Assembly (NCBI GenBank): GCA_018260755.1
Contig: JAGTWP010000007.1
Coordinates: 1 to 38,372, forward strand
Direction: 5' to 3'
Length of the DNA: 38,372 nt
Source: Candidatus Altarchaeum sp.
GTDB taxonomy: Archaea; Altiarchaeota; Altiarchaeia; Altiarchaeales; Altiarchaeaceae
Translations under genes and position numbers: made by a program
Notes under the pieces: model-generated
What the model saw: the letters and a program-made list of their open reading frames with translations, nothing else
The model's database searches: none
Told to the model about the DNA's origin: nothing
Shown here: positions 17,296 through 26,970 of the stretch, one piece after another
How the letters are laid out: the number at the start of each line of letters is the position of its first letter
Numbering within the stretch: position 1 is the first letter of the stretch

Positions 17296-17525
17296 TTCTT
17301 TACTCTCTACTTCGTTATTTATTTTTTCACTTCCTCTTAGTTATTTATTTTTTCACTCTCTACTTCGTTATTTATTTCTTCACTCTCTACTTCGTTATTT
17401 ACTTCATCACTCTTTATTTCTTCACTCTTCTTCATATCTTTTATTTCTTCACTCTTCTTCATATCTTTTATTTCTTCACTCTTCTTCATATCTTTTATTT
17501 CTTCACTCTTTGCTTTATTTCTTGA
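17296..17525. repeat. 27-bp minisatellites (two related unit types) covering the trmI 3' end and extending past its stop codon
   Basis: CTTCACTCTTCTTCATATCTTTTATTT occurs 3 times (17420-17500) plus a partial unit. TTATTTATTTYTTCACTCTCTACTTCG units lie at about 17296-17400. The trmI stop codon is at 17337-17339, inside the array. Confidence 0.85.
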
Positions 17526-18248
17526 TATCAATCTCGCCACAGTTATAAATCCCGTATGTGCGATCATCCTTGAACACGGTCTTACTACCTTCATATCCCA
17601 GTTCCTTAATACGCATTCAAATGTCTCCTGGAGGAAATTTATATCCAATGCATCATGAAATTTTTTTGACTGCTCAATGCTCGGACTGAATGAAATCAAA
17701 ATTCCCCCCATTTTTAACTTTTCTACTGCAAAACGGACAACTAACCATGGCTCAGGCAGGTCCAGAATGATCGCATCCAAATTTTCCTCGTCAATACCTT
17801 CATAAATATTTTTCATCTTTATTTCAACATTATCAATTCCGAATTTCTCAAAATTTTTTCTCGCAATTTTTGCAAAGTCTTCCCTGATTTCATAACTTAT
17901 TACTTTTTCTGGCTCAACAGCATAAGCGAGAAAAATATCTATAATTCCCGAGCCGGTTCCTGAATTTAAGACCTTGCTTCCGGAATGTAAATTTGCATAT
18001 CCTACAATTAAAGATGCGTCCTTTAATGTGATTGCCTGCGGACCTCTCCTTGCCTTTTGTAGTATGTCTGTAATATTCGGATGAATAACCGCATATTCTG
18101 TTCCTAAATGTGTTTTTACAGTTCCTCCAACCTCACATTTATTAATTTCATCTGCTTTAATCATTCCGTCTTTCGTATGCATGTCCTCTCCCTTAAATAT
18201 ATACTTCCTTCCTTTCGGGTCTATTAAAATTTTCATATCCCTAATCAT
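17337..18248 (-). CDS. trmI: tRNA (adenine-N1)-methyltransferase TrmI (Gcd14 family) with a repeat-encoded acidic/lysine C-terminal tail
   Basis: It has the N-terminal beta-domain (LIDPKGRKYIF..G...T..G.I), RGPQAITLKDASLIVGYANL, the SAM motif VLNSGTGSGIIDIFLA and DAIILDLPEPW. The last 65 or so residues are (KSEEIKDMK)n and (EEINNEVESE)n. Confidence 0.85.
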   Translation of the reverse strand: MIRDMKILIDPKGRKYIFKGEDMHTKDGMIKADEINKCEVGGTVKTHLGTEYAVIHPNITDILQKARRGPQAITLKDASLIVGYANLHSGSKVLNSGTGSGIIDIFLAYAVEPEKVISYEIREDFAKIARKNFEKFGIDNVEIKMKNIYEGIDEENLDAIILDLPEPWLVVRFAVEKLKMGGILISFSPSIEQSKKFHDALDINFLQETFECVLRNWDMKVVRPCSRMIAHTGFITVARLISRNKAKSEEIKDMKKSEEIKDMKKSEEIKDMKKSEEIKSDEVNNEVESEEINNEVESEKINN

Positions 18249-18274
18249 TTTCCTATCAGTGAGCCTTTTTTAAA

Positions 18275-18583
18275 TTAGATATATGCGACATTATTTTCTG
18301 CGTTTTTCTTTAAATTTTTTAAATTTTCCTGTTCAACAATTATATTCCTGTCAATTTTCTTTTCGTTAAAAAACATAAAATCCCTTCTTAACAATCTGAC
18401 AAAAATTTTATCAGGAAGAACATCTAATGCAATTATTCCTTCTTTTTCCAACCTTTTTATTTCTGTTTGAACTACATATTTTCTCGTTCCGAGTTCTTTG
18501 ACAAGTTCGTCTGTTGTTATTGGATATTTCTTCATTAAAATTTTAATTATTTGTTCCTGTAATTTGTTAGTCACCTCTTTCAT
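18275..18583 (-). CDS. Small winged-helix DNA-binding protein (family unassigned)
   Basis: 102 aa. ITTDELVKELGTRKYVVQTEIKRLEKEGIIAL looks like an HTH recognition helix plus wing. Confidence 0.5.
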   Translation of the reverse strand: MKEVTNKLQEQIIKILMKKYPITTDELVKELGTRKYVVQTEIKRLEKEGIIALDVLPDKIFVRLLRRDFMFFNEKKIDRNIIVEQENLKNLKKNAENNVAYI

Positions 18584-18605
18584 TTTACCATTTTCATTTC
18601 AACAT

Positions 18606-20066
18606 TTATTTCACCACCTTTTCCAGTTCATCAATCTTAACCCTTCTCTGCTCTTTTGTATCTCTGAACCTTACGGTAACCGTATTATCCTTTAATGTGT
18701 CATAATCAATTGTGAGCGCATAACTTACTCCAATCTCATCTGCCCGTGCATATCTTCTTCCGATACTTCCGGATTTGTCATAAAATACATATAAATTTGC
18801 CCTCTTTAAAACATCAACAACCTCTCCTGCTTTTTCGGGAAGCCCGTCCTTTGCCATCAACGGAAATACACAAACATAAGGTGAAATTTCAGGAGGAAAT
18901 TTAAAATACACTCTTTCATCGCCTTTCTTAGACATTTCTTCAACATAGCATGATTCAACAATGCAATACACTGGCCTGTCAATCCCGTAAGCAACCTCAA
19001 TAACATTCGGAACAAATCGCTTGTTATTCCAGAAAATTTCCATTGATTCCCCACTGCAATTTTGATGCTGCGTCAAATCATAATTTCCTCTGTCCGCAAC
19101 CCCTACAATTTCAATCCTTCCCAACTCGCTCATAAATTCAACATCCCATGTATCCTTGCTGTAAAACGCCCTTTCAGAGTCCTTATGCTGTCTTAACTGC
19201 AGTTTTTGATAATTAATGCCCATCCTTACAAATAAATTTACTGACTTTTGCAAAAAGTATGCGATTGCCTTGTTTTTTATTATTCCCTGCTCATGTGATT
19301 CTTTGATTGAAATTTCAGAAATTTTGTCATCCTTGTCCATAATCTTTATTGCCGCATCATCCTTTAAATTTAAATATTCGTATTTATCATCAGGATCTAT
19401 AAAAAATTCCATTTCCGCCTGCGTGAATTCTCGCAATCGTATTATATATTGTCTCGGAGAAATTTCATTACGGTAGGAATGTCCTATCTGCAATATTCCG
19501 AAAGGTAATTTCTTTCTTGAAATTTCCCACAACCGCTTGAATGCAATATAAGTTGATTGTGCGGTTTCGGGACGCATATAACCAGTTCGTTTGTTCTTTC
19601 CGGGTGCGATTTCTGTCCTGAACATCAGATTATAATTATAGACATCGTTAAGTTCGCCTCCGCACTTTTTACATTTTAAATTGTTGTTCTTTATTAATTC
19701 GGTTAATTGCTCTGCACTCATTCCGTCACAGGAAATTTTTAAATTTTCTTCAACCAGATGATCCGCTCTGAACGGCTCTTTACAAGCCATGCATTCAACT
19801 GTAAAATCACTGAAACTTTTGACATGTCCACTTGCATTCCAGACGCTGTCAATACTCAAAGTCGGGCACTCAATTTCAGAACAGGTAAAATTTCCGTATT
19901 CTTCTACCAGATATGCTTTTCTTATGAGGTCTTCAACATTTTTCTTTATTCGCGTTCCTATTGCCCCATAGTCGTAAAATCCGCTTATTCCTCCATAAAT
20001 TTCGCAGCTCGGATAAAATATTCCCCGCCTCTTTGCAATGTCTAAAATTTTTTCGTAAATTTTCAT
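18606..20066 (-). CDS. glyS: Glycine--tRNA ligase (class II, archaeal/eukaryal alpha2 type)
   Basis: RRGIFYPSCEIYGGISGFYDYGAIG, VWNASGHVKSFSDF, FRADHL, GYMRPETAQ and the C-terminal anticodon-binding motif SGSIGRRYARADEIGVSYALTIDYDT...VTVRFRDTKEQ all match GlyRS. Confidence 0.9.
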   Translation of the reverse strand: MKIYEKILDIAKRRGIFYPSCEIYGGISGFYDYGAIGTRIKKNVEDLIRKAYLVEEYGNFTCSEIECPTLSIDSVWNASGHVKSFSDFTVECMACKEPFRADHLVEENLKISCDGMSAEQLTELIKNNNLKCKKCGGELNDVYNYNLMFRTEIAPGKNKRTGYMRPETAQSTYIAFKRLWEISRKKLPFGILQIGHSYRNEISPRQYIIRLREFTQAEMEFFIDPDDKYEYLNLKDDAAIKIMDKDDKISEISIKESHEQGIIKNKAIAYFLQKSVNLFVRMGINYQKLQLRQHKDSERAFYSKDTWDVEFMSELGRIEIVGVADRGNYDLTQHQNCSGESMEIFWNNKRFVPNVIEVAYGIDRPVYCIVESCYVEEMSKKGDERVYFKFPPEISPYVCVFPLMAKDGLPEKAGEVVDVLKRANLYVFYDKSGSIGRRYARADEIGVSYALTIDYDTLKDNTVTVRFRDTKEQRRVKIDELEKVVK

Positions 20067-20637
20067 TTTAACTTTACATATAAAACCAATATTTAGAATT
20101 AGAAATTTAACAAATTGAAATTATTTTATTGTTTTTACGACTTATCTGTGCTTTCATTTATTTCGCCAATTTTCAGAATGTGCAGATAAAAAAATTGCTT
20201 CATACGATATTTCCATCTGAAGAATAGAATAGAGTTGTTACAAATTAGTTGTTACAAATTAAAAATTTTAAAGGTGAAAAGTAATAAAATTTAAAGGAAT
20301 TCAAAGGTGGAAAAGTTATTTTGCAACATGTCTAATAATTACCTTTTATTTTAAATTTTCTATTTTGGAAATTTATCCCTGAAATGTTTGAACGATTTTT
20401 AAATCACCTCGCTTACGCTCGGAGATTTTAAAAACTTCGTTTATAAAATTCCGTAAATTTTAAAATTAAGTGGGTGTAAATAAGTGTAAAAGAGAGACAA
20501 AATAATACGGAAAAAGGCAGAAATCTTATCAATAATAATTTAATAAAATTTAAATGTATAATTAATAAAATAATTAAAAGTAATTAATAAAATCAAAAAT
20601 TTAATAGATAAATTAGTAATAAATTAAAATCGGTAAA

Positions 20638-22209
20638 ATGGAAGGTAAAATAAATAATCCTAGAAGGCACATTGTATCTGTATTTTTTGTGGCTTTATTT
20701 TTGAGCATGCTGTTGGTGCTTAATACGTATGCAAGCTATTGTACGGAACAAGAGGCCTTGGGCAAATCATGTATTCTTATGCCCCCGGCAAAATATCCTT
20801 TAAATATAACATTTTCGGACTGTGCTGTTGATGATGACTGCGCAGTTTATGTCCTCGGAGACAACAGAAATATAAAAAATGCAAGTGTTGTTGTTAGCGG
20901 AGCAATAAATATTCAGGGACATACAGGTGATGATGGAAAATTTAAATTTTCTCCGGACAAAGCGGGAAATATAAAAATAATAGCGGAAAAGGATGGGTAT
21001 TATAAAGCAGAAGGTGGTTTTTCCATAAAAAAATCAACAAATATAAATATAGAGATTCCCGATAATATAGAAGCAAACAAGGAGATTAACATAGCAGTAA
21101 AAAATTCAAAAGGCAAAGGCATAAAGACAAATATTGCAATAGTTACACCTGACGGAAAAATGAGCAATGTAAAAACAGATAAAAACGGAAATGCAAAATT
21201 TACTCCTGCAACTCCGGGAAAATATAAAATTACTCTTGACGATGGAAATTATAAAGGTGAAAAGGAATTTATCGCATTGGGAAAATTAAATATTATCTGT
21301 CCTGATACCGTGAAGTTTATGAATAAATTTACAGTCAATGTTGTTGATGAAAATAACAATACGATTGATGTCCTGATTAAAATTTCGGAGTTAAATAAAG
21401 AAATAAATAACGGAGAGGAAGTTGTGGCAGAAAAGTGTGGGAATTTAAATTTGGTCGCGGAAAAAGAATATTATGAAAATGCGGCAAAGACAATATCCGT
21501 GGAAAATAAAAAATTAAATTTAACAGGAAAAGATAAATTAAATGCAAAGAAAGCATACTTATATAATGTGAAAGACGAAGATGGAAATGCTGTTGTGGAT
21601 GTCCGAATTTTGATTAATGGCAGTTTTGTCGGAACAACAGATAGCGGTGGAAATATCACAATAAAAATTGAAAATGCCGGAAATTATATAATCTCTGCAA
21701 AAAAAGAATGTTATGATGATTCGGCATTATCGGTTGAAGTAACCGAATTTTCACTAATGTCATTATGGTGGCTGTGGTTGCTGCTTTTATTACTTCTCCT
21801 GCTTTTACTGCTCTTCCTATGGAGAAAGTATAAAAGCAAAGAGAGTGAAGGTACCCCCGCAGGAGTGATGACACCTTTTGGAATGATAACAAAATCCGTA
21901 AAAATAGTAAAAAAAGAAGGATTAGAAATTCCGGGAGCATCGCACGAACAAAGAATATACGTTTATCTTATTGCAGAAAAAGATATGAAAAACTGCAAAC
22001 TTGCCGATAACATTCCGGCAAGATTTGATGTAAATGTAATGACATTAGGGGTTGAAAGGAGTGAAAACAAACTCACACTGAATCTCGGCGATGTAAATAA
22101 AGGCGATGTACGGGTATTAAATTACCTTGTAAACGGAATTTGTGAAATAGAAAACGCAAAAATTGTTTATGACGGCGGAGAGTTCAATGTTCCAATAAGG
22201 TATGTGTAA
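20638..22209 (+). CDS. Surface protein with carboxypeptidase-regulatory-like/Ig-like repeats, one poly-Leu TM helix and a C-terminal beta-rich domain
   Basis: It has a signal/anchor segment (VFFVALFLSMLLVLNTYA) and repeated ...TD.NGNA.F.P..PGKY.I... units. The TM helix is SLWWLWLLLLLLLLLLLLFLWRKYK, followed by about 125 residues. Confidence 0.6.
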   Translation: MEGKINNPRRHIVSVFFVALFLSMLLVLNTYASYCTEQEALGKSCILMPPAKYPLNITFSDCAVDDDCAVYVLGDNRNIKNASVVVSGAINIQGHTGDDGKFKFSPDKAGNIKIIAEKDGYYKAEGGFSIKKSTNINIEIPDNIEANKEINIAVKNSKGKGIKTNIAIVTPDGKMSNVKTDKNGNAKFTPATPGKYKITLDDGNYKGEKEFIALGKLNIICPDTVKFMNKFTVNVVDENNNTIDVLIKISELNKEINNGEEVVAEKCGNLNLVAEKEYYENAAKTISVENKKLNLTGKDKLNAKKAYLYNVKDEDGNAVVDVRILINGSFVGTTDSGGNITIKIENAGNYIISAKKECYDDSALSVEVTEFSLMSLWWLWLLLLLLLLLLLLFLWRKYKSKESEGTPAGVMTPFGMITKSVKIVKKEGLEIPGASHEQRIYVYLIAEKDMKNCKLADNIPARFDVNVMTLGVERSENKLTLNLGDVNKGDVRVLNYLVNGICEIENAKIVYDGGEFNVPIRYV

Positions 22210-22260
22210 ATAAAATTTAAAAATAAAATTTAAAAATTTAAGATAAATTTAAAAATAAAA

Positions 22261-23583
22261 GTGTTTCAAATTCAGACAAATCTGTTAGGGTGCTTTGCAA
22301 TCAGAGACGGAAAAATAATATCATCTCATTCATTTATTTCGGAACAAAAGACAGCTGCCGAAATTGCAAAAGACCTCATTTATGCGAGAAAAAATTTACT
22401 TCCCGAAGAGCGTGAAATAATAAAGGACTTAAGTAAATCCGGACAGAGCTTTGAAGTTGCTATAAACAACCATCAACGACTAAATGAAGAAAAAGAAAAA
22501 TTTAATGTCCGTTTTACTGAAATTTCCCCTTCAAAAGTTATCCCGCTTGAAGAAATATCCGGACAGATTATGTTAAGTAAGGAAGAACTAAAAGGACATA
22601 TGTGGGCTGTAAATTTGGAAATAACAAAGGAGGAGATGAGGGTTCAGGAGACAGATAAAGTAGCAATTCAGTTAGTCGGTGCGATAGATGAATTAAATAC
22701 CATGTTAAATTTAATGGATGAACGATTACACGAATATTATGGAACATATTTTCCGGAAATTGATGCTATCACCGACCACGAAATTTATGCGTCAATTGCT
22801 GCCTTGGGAAACAGAGAAAATTTAGATTTGAAAAATATAAATTTAAGCGAAAAAGTAAAGGAAAAAACAAAAGAAGAAGGTCTTACATCATTCGGAATGA
22901 AATTAGAAGATAAATATATAAGCGGTGCCTCTCTGATGGCATCTCAGATTTTAAATTTATATGGTTTAAAGACACAGCTTGAAGAAAATTTAAAAAAAGT
23001 AATGACTGAAATATGCCCGAATATTACTTATCTTGCAGGACATCTGCTTGGGGCAAGATTACTGCTGCATACCGGCTCTCTTGAAAGAATGGCTTTTATG
23101 CCTGCAAGTACAATTCAGATGTTGGGAGCGGAAAAAGCACTCTTTAAATTTTTAAGAACAAAAAAACTACCGCCTAAACACGGAATAATATTTACCCTGC
23201 CGGAAATAAACAGCGCACAAAAGAAAGACAGAGGAAAAATTTCAAGAAATTTCGCAGCAAAGGTGGCGATTGCCGCAAAGGTTGATTATTTTAAAGGTGA
23301 ATTTGTCGGAGTTGAACTTAAAGATAAATTTAATAAGTGTGTTGAAAATTTAAAAAAGAATACTAAAAATTTTAAACATAACGAGGTTAAAAATTTCAGA
23401 CATGAATATGAAGGTGGTGAAAATTTCAGACATGATAATGAAAACAGACATAATAATGAAAATTTCAGACATGATGAAGTTAAAAATTTCGACCATGACC
23501 CTGCGGGACATGGAAGTGCCGGAAATTTTAGACCTAAAGGAGATGGTGTTGAAAATTTTAAACATAAAAAACACAGGTATTAG
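22261..23583 (+). CDS. nop5: Nop5 (Nop56/58) C/D box sRNP scaffold protein, GTG start, with an NF(R/K)H-repeat tail
   Basis: The NOSIC/Nop domain motifs are present: LHEYYGTYFPEI, NITYLAGHLLGARLLLHTGSLERMAFMPASTIQMLGAEKALFKFL and KHGIIF. The tail at 23359-23580 has seven NF(K/R/D)(H/P) motifs. Confidence 0.9.
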   Translation: MFQIQTNLLGCFAIRDGKIISSHSFISEQKTAAEIAKDLIYARKNLLPEEREIIKDLSKSGQSFEVAINNHQRLNEEKEKFNVRFTEISPSKVIPLEEISGQIMLSKEELKGHMWAVNLEITKEEMRVQETDKVAIQLVGAIDELNTMLNLMDERLHEYYGTYFPEIDAITDHEIYASIAALGNRENLDLKNINLSEKVKEKTKEEGLTSFGMKLEDKYISGASLMASQILNLYGLKTQLEENLKKVMTEICPNITYLAGHLLGARLLLHTGSLERMAFMPASTIQMLGAEKALFKFLRTKKLPPKHGIIFTLPEINSAQKKDRGKISRNFAAKVAIAAKVDYFKGEFVGVELKDKFNKCVENLKKNTKNFKHNEVKNFRHEYEGGENFRHDNENRHNNENFRHDEVKNFDHDPAGHGSAGNFRPKGDGVENFKHKKHRY

Positions 23584-23658
23584 TGGATTTTATCCGTAAC
23601 TCAATCATTGGCACTCAACAGGATGTAAGGGGAATACCTCTAATTTATTATAAATCGG

Positions 23659-24798
23659 TTATAAATCAGATCCAATCCAGTTAACTTCATCTAATTTTCC
23701 ATTTTTCAACCGCTCTATTATATTTTCAATATATTCTTTTTTTGTATCTCTCCCTCCAAGTCCTACAATACATGAATAAACATTATTTGGATTATTAACA
23801 ATCCCTCTTACTTCACTCCATAAAGCCCCGCCAATTCCAATAGAAACATCTTTTTCTATAACTGCTATACCTTTGGCATCCTTTATGGTCCTTTTTAATT
23901 CCTCTGATGGAAATGGTCTGAATGAAATTACTCTTATTAATCCAACATCTTTGTGTTTGTCAATGACATCTTTTATAGTTCCACAAACAGAACCAATACT
24001 AACAATAACATAATCAGCATTTTTTGTATTGTATTCTTCAATTAATCCGTTTCCGTAATTTCTCCCGAAAAATTTGTAAAATTGGCTATTTACTTCCTTT
24101 ATCTTCTCCTTTGCTTTTTCCATTGCATCCCACTGCATCTTTCTAAACTCTGTATAAGAATTTGGAAATGATATCGACCCAAAGGTCATAGGATTCTTCA
24201 GATCTAATTTGTATAACGGATTAAATTTAGGCAAAAATTTATCAACTTCTTCCTGTTCGGGAATATCTGCAGGCTCAACACAATGTGTAAGTGTAAAACC
24301 ATCCATATTTACCATTACTGGAAGCAAAATTTCCCTGTCTTCCGCAATTTTGTATGCCTGAATGGTTTTATCTGCTGCTTCCTGAACTGTTTCAGCATAC
24401 AACTGAATCCATCCCGTATCTCTTTGTGATATTGAATCCTGCTGGTCATTCCATATATTAATAGGAGCAGACAATGCTCTGTTAGCATTTGTCATAACTA
24501 TCGGCAGTCGCATTCCGCTCGCTACGAATAAAATTTCGTGCATTAATGCCAGCCCCTGCGATGATGTTGCAGTATATGCTCGCACACCTGATGCTGATGC
24601 TCCGACACATGCGGAAATTGCAGAATGTTCTGATTCCGCATATACTACTTTTGCATTTAATTTTCCGTCTGCAACAATTTGCGATAAATTTTCAGGGATG
24701 TGTGTTTGAGGTGTTATAGGGTATATTGCCAACACTGCTGGTCTGCATAATGCAACAACTTCTGATACCGCTTCCGAACCTTCAAGTATGGTTTTCAT
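23659..24798 (-). CDS. 2-oxoacid (pyruvate/2-ketoisovalerate/2-oxoglutarate):ferredoxin oxidoreductase, alpha subunit
   Basis: 379 aa. LEGSEAVSEVVALCRPAVLAIYPITPQT, ESEHSAISACVGASASGVRAYTATSSQGLALMHE and PIVMTNANRALSAPINIWNDQQD are alpha-subunit signatures. No beta, gamma or delta subunit gene is adjacent. Confidence 0.85.
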   Translation of the reverse strand: MKTILEGSEAVSEVVALCRPAVLAIYPITPQTHIPENLSQIVADGKLNAKVVYAESEHSAISACVGASASGVRAYTATSSQGLALMHEILFVASGMRLPIVMTNANRALSAPINIWNDQQDSISQRDTGWIQLYAETVQEAADKTIQAYKIAEDREILLPVMVNMDGFTLTHCVEPADIPEQEEVDKFLPKFNPLYKLDLKNPMTFGSISFPNSYTEFRKMQWDAMEKAKEKIKEVNSQFYKFFGRNYGNGLIEEYNTKNADYVIVSIGSVCGTIKDVIDKHKDVGLIRVISFRPFPSEELKRTIKDAKGIAVIEKDVSIGIGGALWSEVRGIVNNPNNVYSCIVGLGGRDTKKEYIENIIERLKNGKLDEVNWIGSDL

Positions 24799-24874
24799 CT
24801 TAAAAAATTTTCTGAAATATAATATAATAATTATGAAGCAAAATAATTATAAATTATAAATAAGATATAATATG

Positions 24875-24981
24875 ATATAATAATTATAAAATAAAATAAT
24901 TAAAGTTAATAATTAAAAATGAAAAATTTTATGAAATATAATAATTATAAAATAAAATAATTAAAGTTAATAATTAAAAAT
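24875..24981. repeat. 46-bp AT-only direct repeat, 2 copies with a 61-bp period
   Basis: ATATAATAATTATAAAATAAAATAATTAAAGTTAATAATTAAAAAT occurs at 24875-24920 and 24936-24981, directly left of MITE copy B. Confidence 0.85.
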
Positions 24982-24985
24982 TAAT

Positions 24986-25237
24986 GTAACTATTCAGAGG
25001 TCAACAAAATTTACTGAAAATTTATAAATAAATTTTCAATCTTAAAAAATATTTCAAATATTTTTTAATACTAGTAAAATTTTCAAAAAAATGCAATTTT
25101 AAAATCTCAAAGATTTTAAAATACACGAACGAAGTCCGCTCACTTTCGTTTGTGGATTTTTCAAACGAAATCGTTTGAAAAATGAGCGTAAAACTCAAAA
25201 AATCTGCTTATGATTTTTGAGATGGCTGAATAATTAA
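24986..25237. mobile_element. MITE, GTAACTATTCAG family, copy B (~252 bp)
   Basis: The left end is GTAACTATTCAGAGG. The right end is GGCTGAATAATTAA, with 2 substitutions in the last 5 nt. It is flanked by AAATTAAT on both sides (24978-24985 and 25238-25245). The left ~85 bp are near-identical to the inverse complement of copy C. Confidence 0.8.
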
Positions 25238-25306
25238 AAATTAATAATTAAAAATGAAAAATAAAAAAAAATTTGTTTGCCCGCCTACACATTATGCAAA
25301 ATTTAT

Positions 25307-25567
25307 CTATTCGGATGATATCTCGTTTTTCTTTACATTCAAAAGCGTATATTCTCCGACCGAAAATATTTGTTCCGGTTTTATTTTAAATTTCTTTTTT
25401 AACAATCCCTCGCTACACTCAAAACTTAATACAGTTATATCCGAACTTGCAAGCGGCATTCCCACATTTCCTTCTCGTGGAACACTCAACTCAACATTAC
25501 TAATCTTTCCGACTTCTATTCCGTTTTTATCAACAACCTTCAATCCGATTATTTTTGTTGCCTTCAT
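25307..25567 (-). CDS. PRC-barrel domain protein
   Basis: 86 aa. KIIGLKVVDKNGIEVGKISNVELS... is the typical PRC-barrel N-terminus. It lies downstream of SepCysS on the same strand. Confidence 0.6.
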   Translation of the reverse strand: MKATKIIGLKVVDKNGIEVGKISNVELSVPREGNVGMPLASSDITVLSFECSEGLLKKKFKIKPEQIFSVGEYTLLNVKKNEISSE

Positions 25568-25653
25568 TTTATATGTGTTGCTAAAAGTTATAAACTAAAT
25601 ATAGATAATTAAAATTTCAAATAATTATTTTCTTGTTTTATAAATTATCGCCT

Positions 25654-26823
<1,170 letters not shown>

Positions 26824-26928
26824 TTATTGTGCGGATAACTAATTTATAAAGTTAAATTTAAATTATTGTGTGGATAACTAATTTATAAAGTCAAATTTAA
26901 ATAAATTATAAAGTTAAATTTAAATAAA
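26824..26928. repeat. 39-bp direct repeat, 2 full copies plus a partial third, in the divergent SepCysS/mat promoter region
   Basis: TTATTGTGYGGATAACTAATTTATAAAGTYAAATTTAAA occurs at 26824-26862 and 26863-26901. A partial copy, TAAATTATAAAGTTAAATTTAAATAAA, follows. Confidence 0.85.
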
Positions 26929-26970
26929 CGAATGAATTAATTTAATAATACAAATAATTAAAAATTTAAA

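Noticed and set aside
17171-17548. A 125-aa + strand ORF rich in Leu/Ser/Phe repeats.
   Set aside because: It is the antisense reading of the trmI 27-bp minisatellite and the downstream AT-rich DNA. It is low-complexity and has no support.
25254-25598. A 114-aa + strand ORF overlapping the PRC-barrel gene.
   Set aside because: The antisense frame of 25307-25567 carries the recognisable PRC-barrel motif. The + strand ORF starts inside the AT-rich MITE flank and has no recognisable features.
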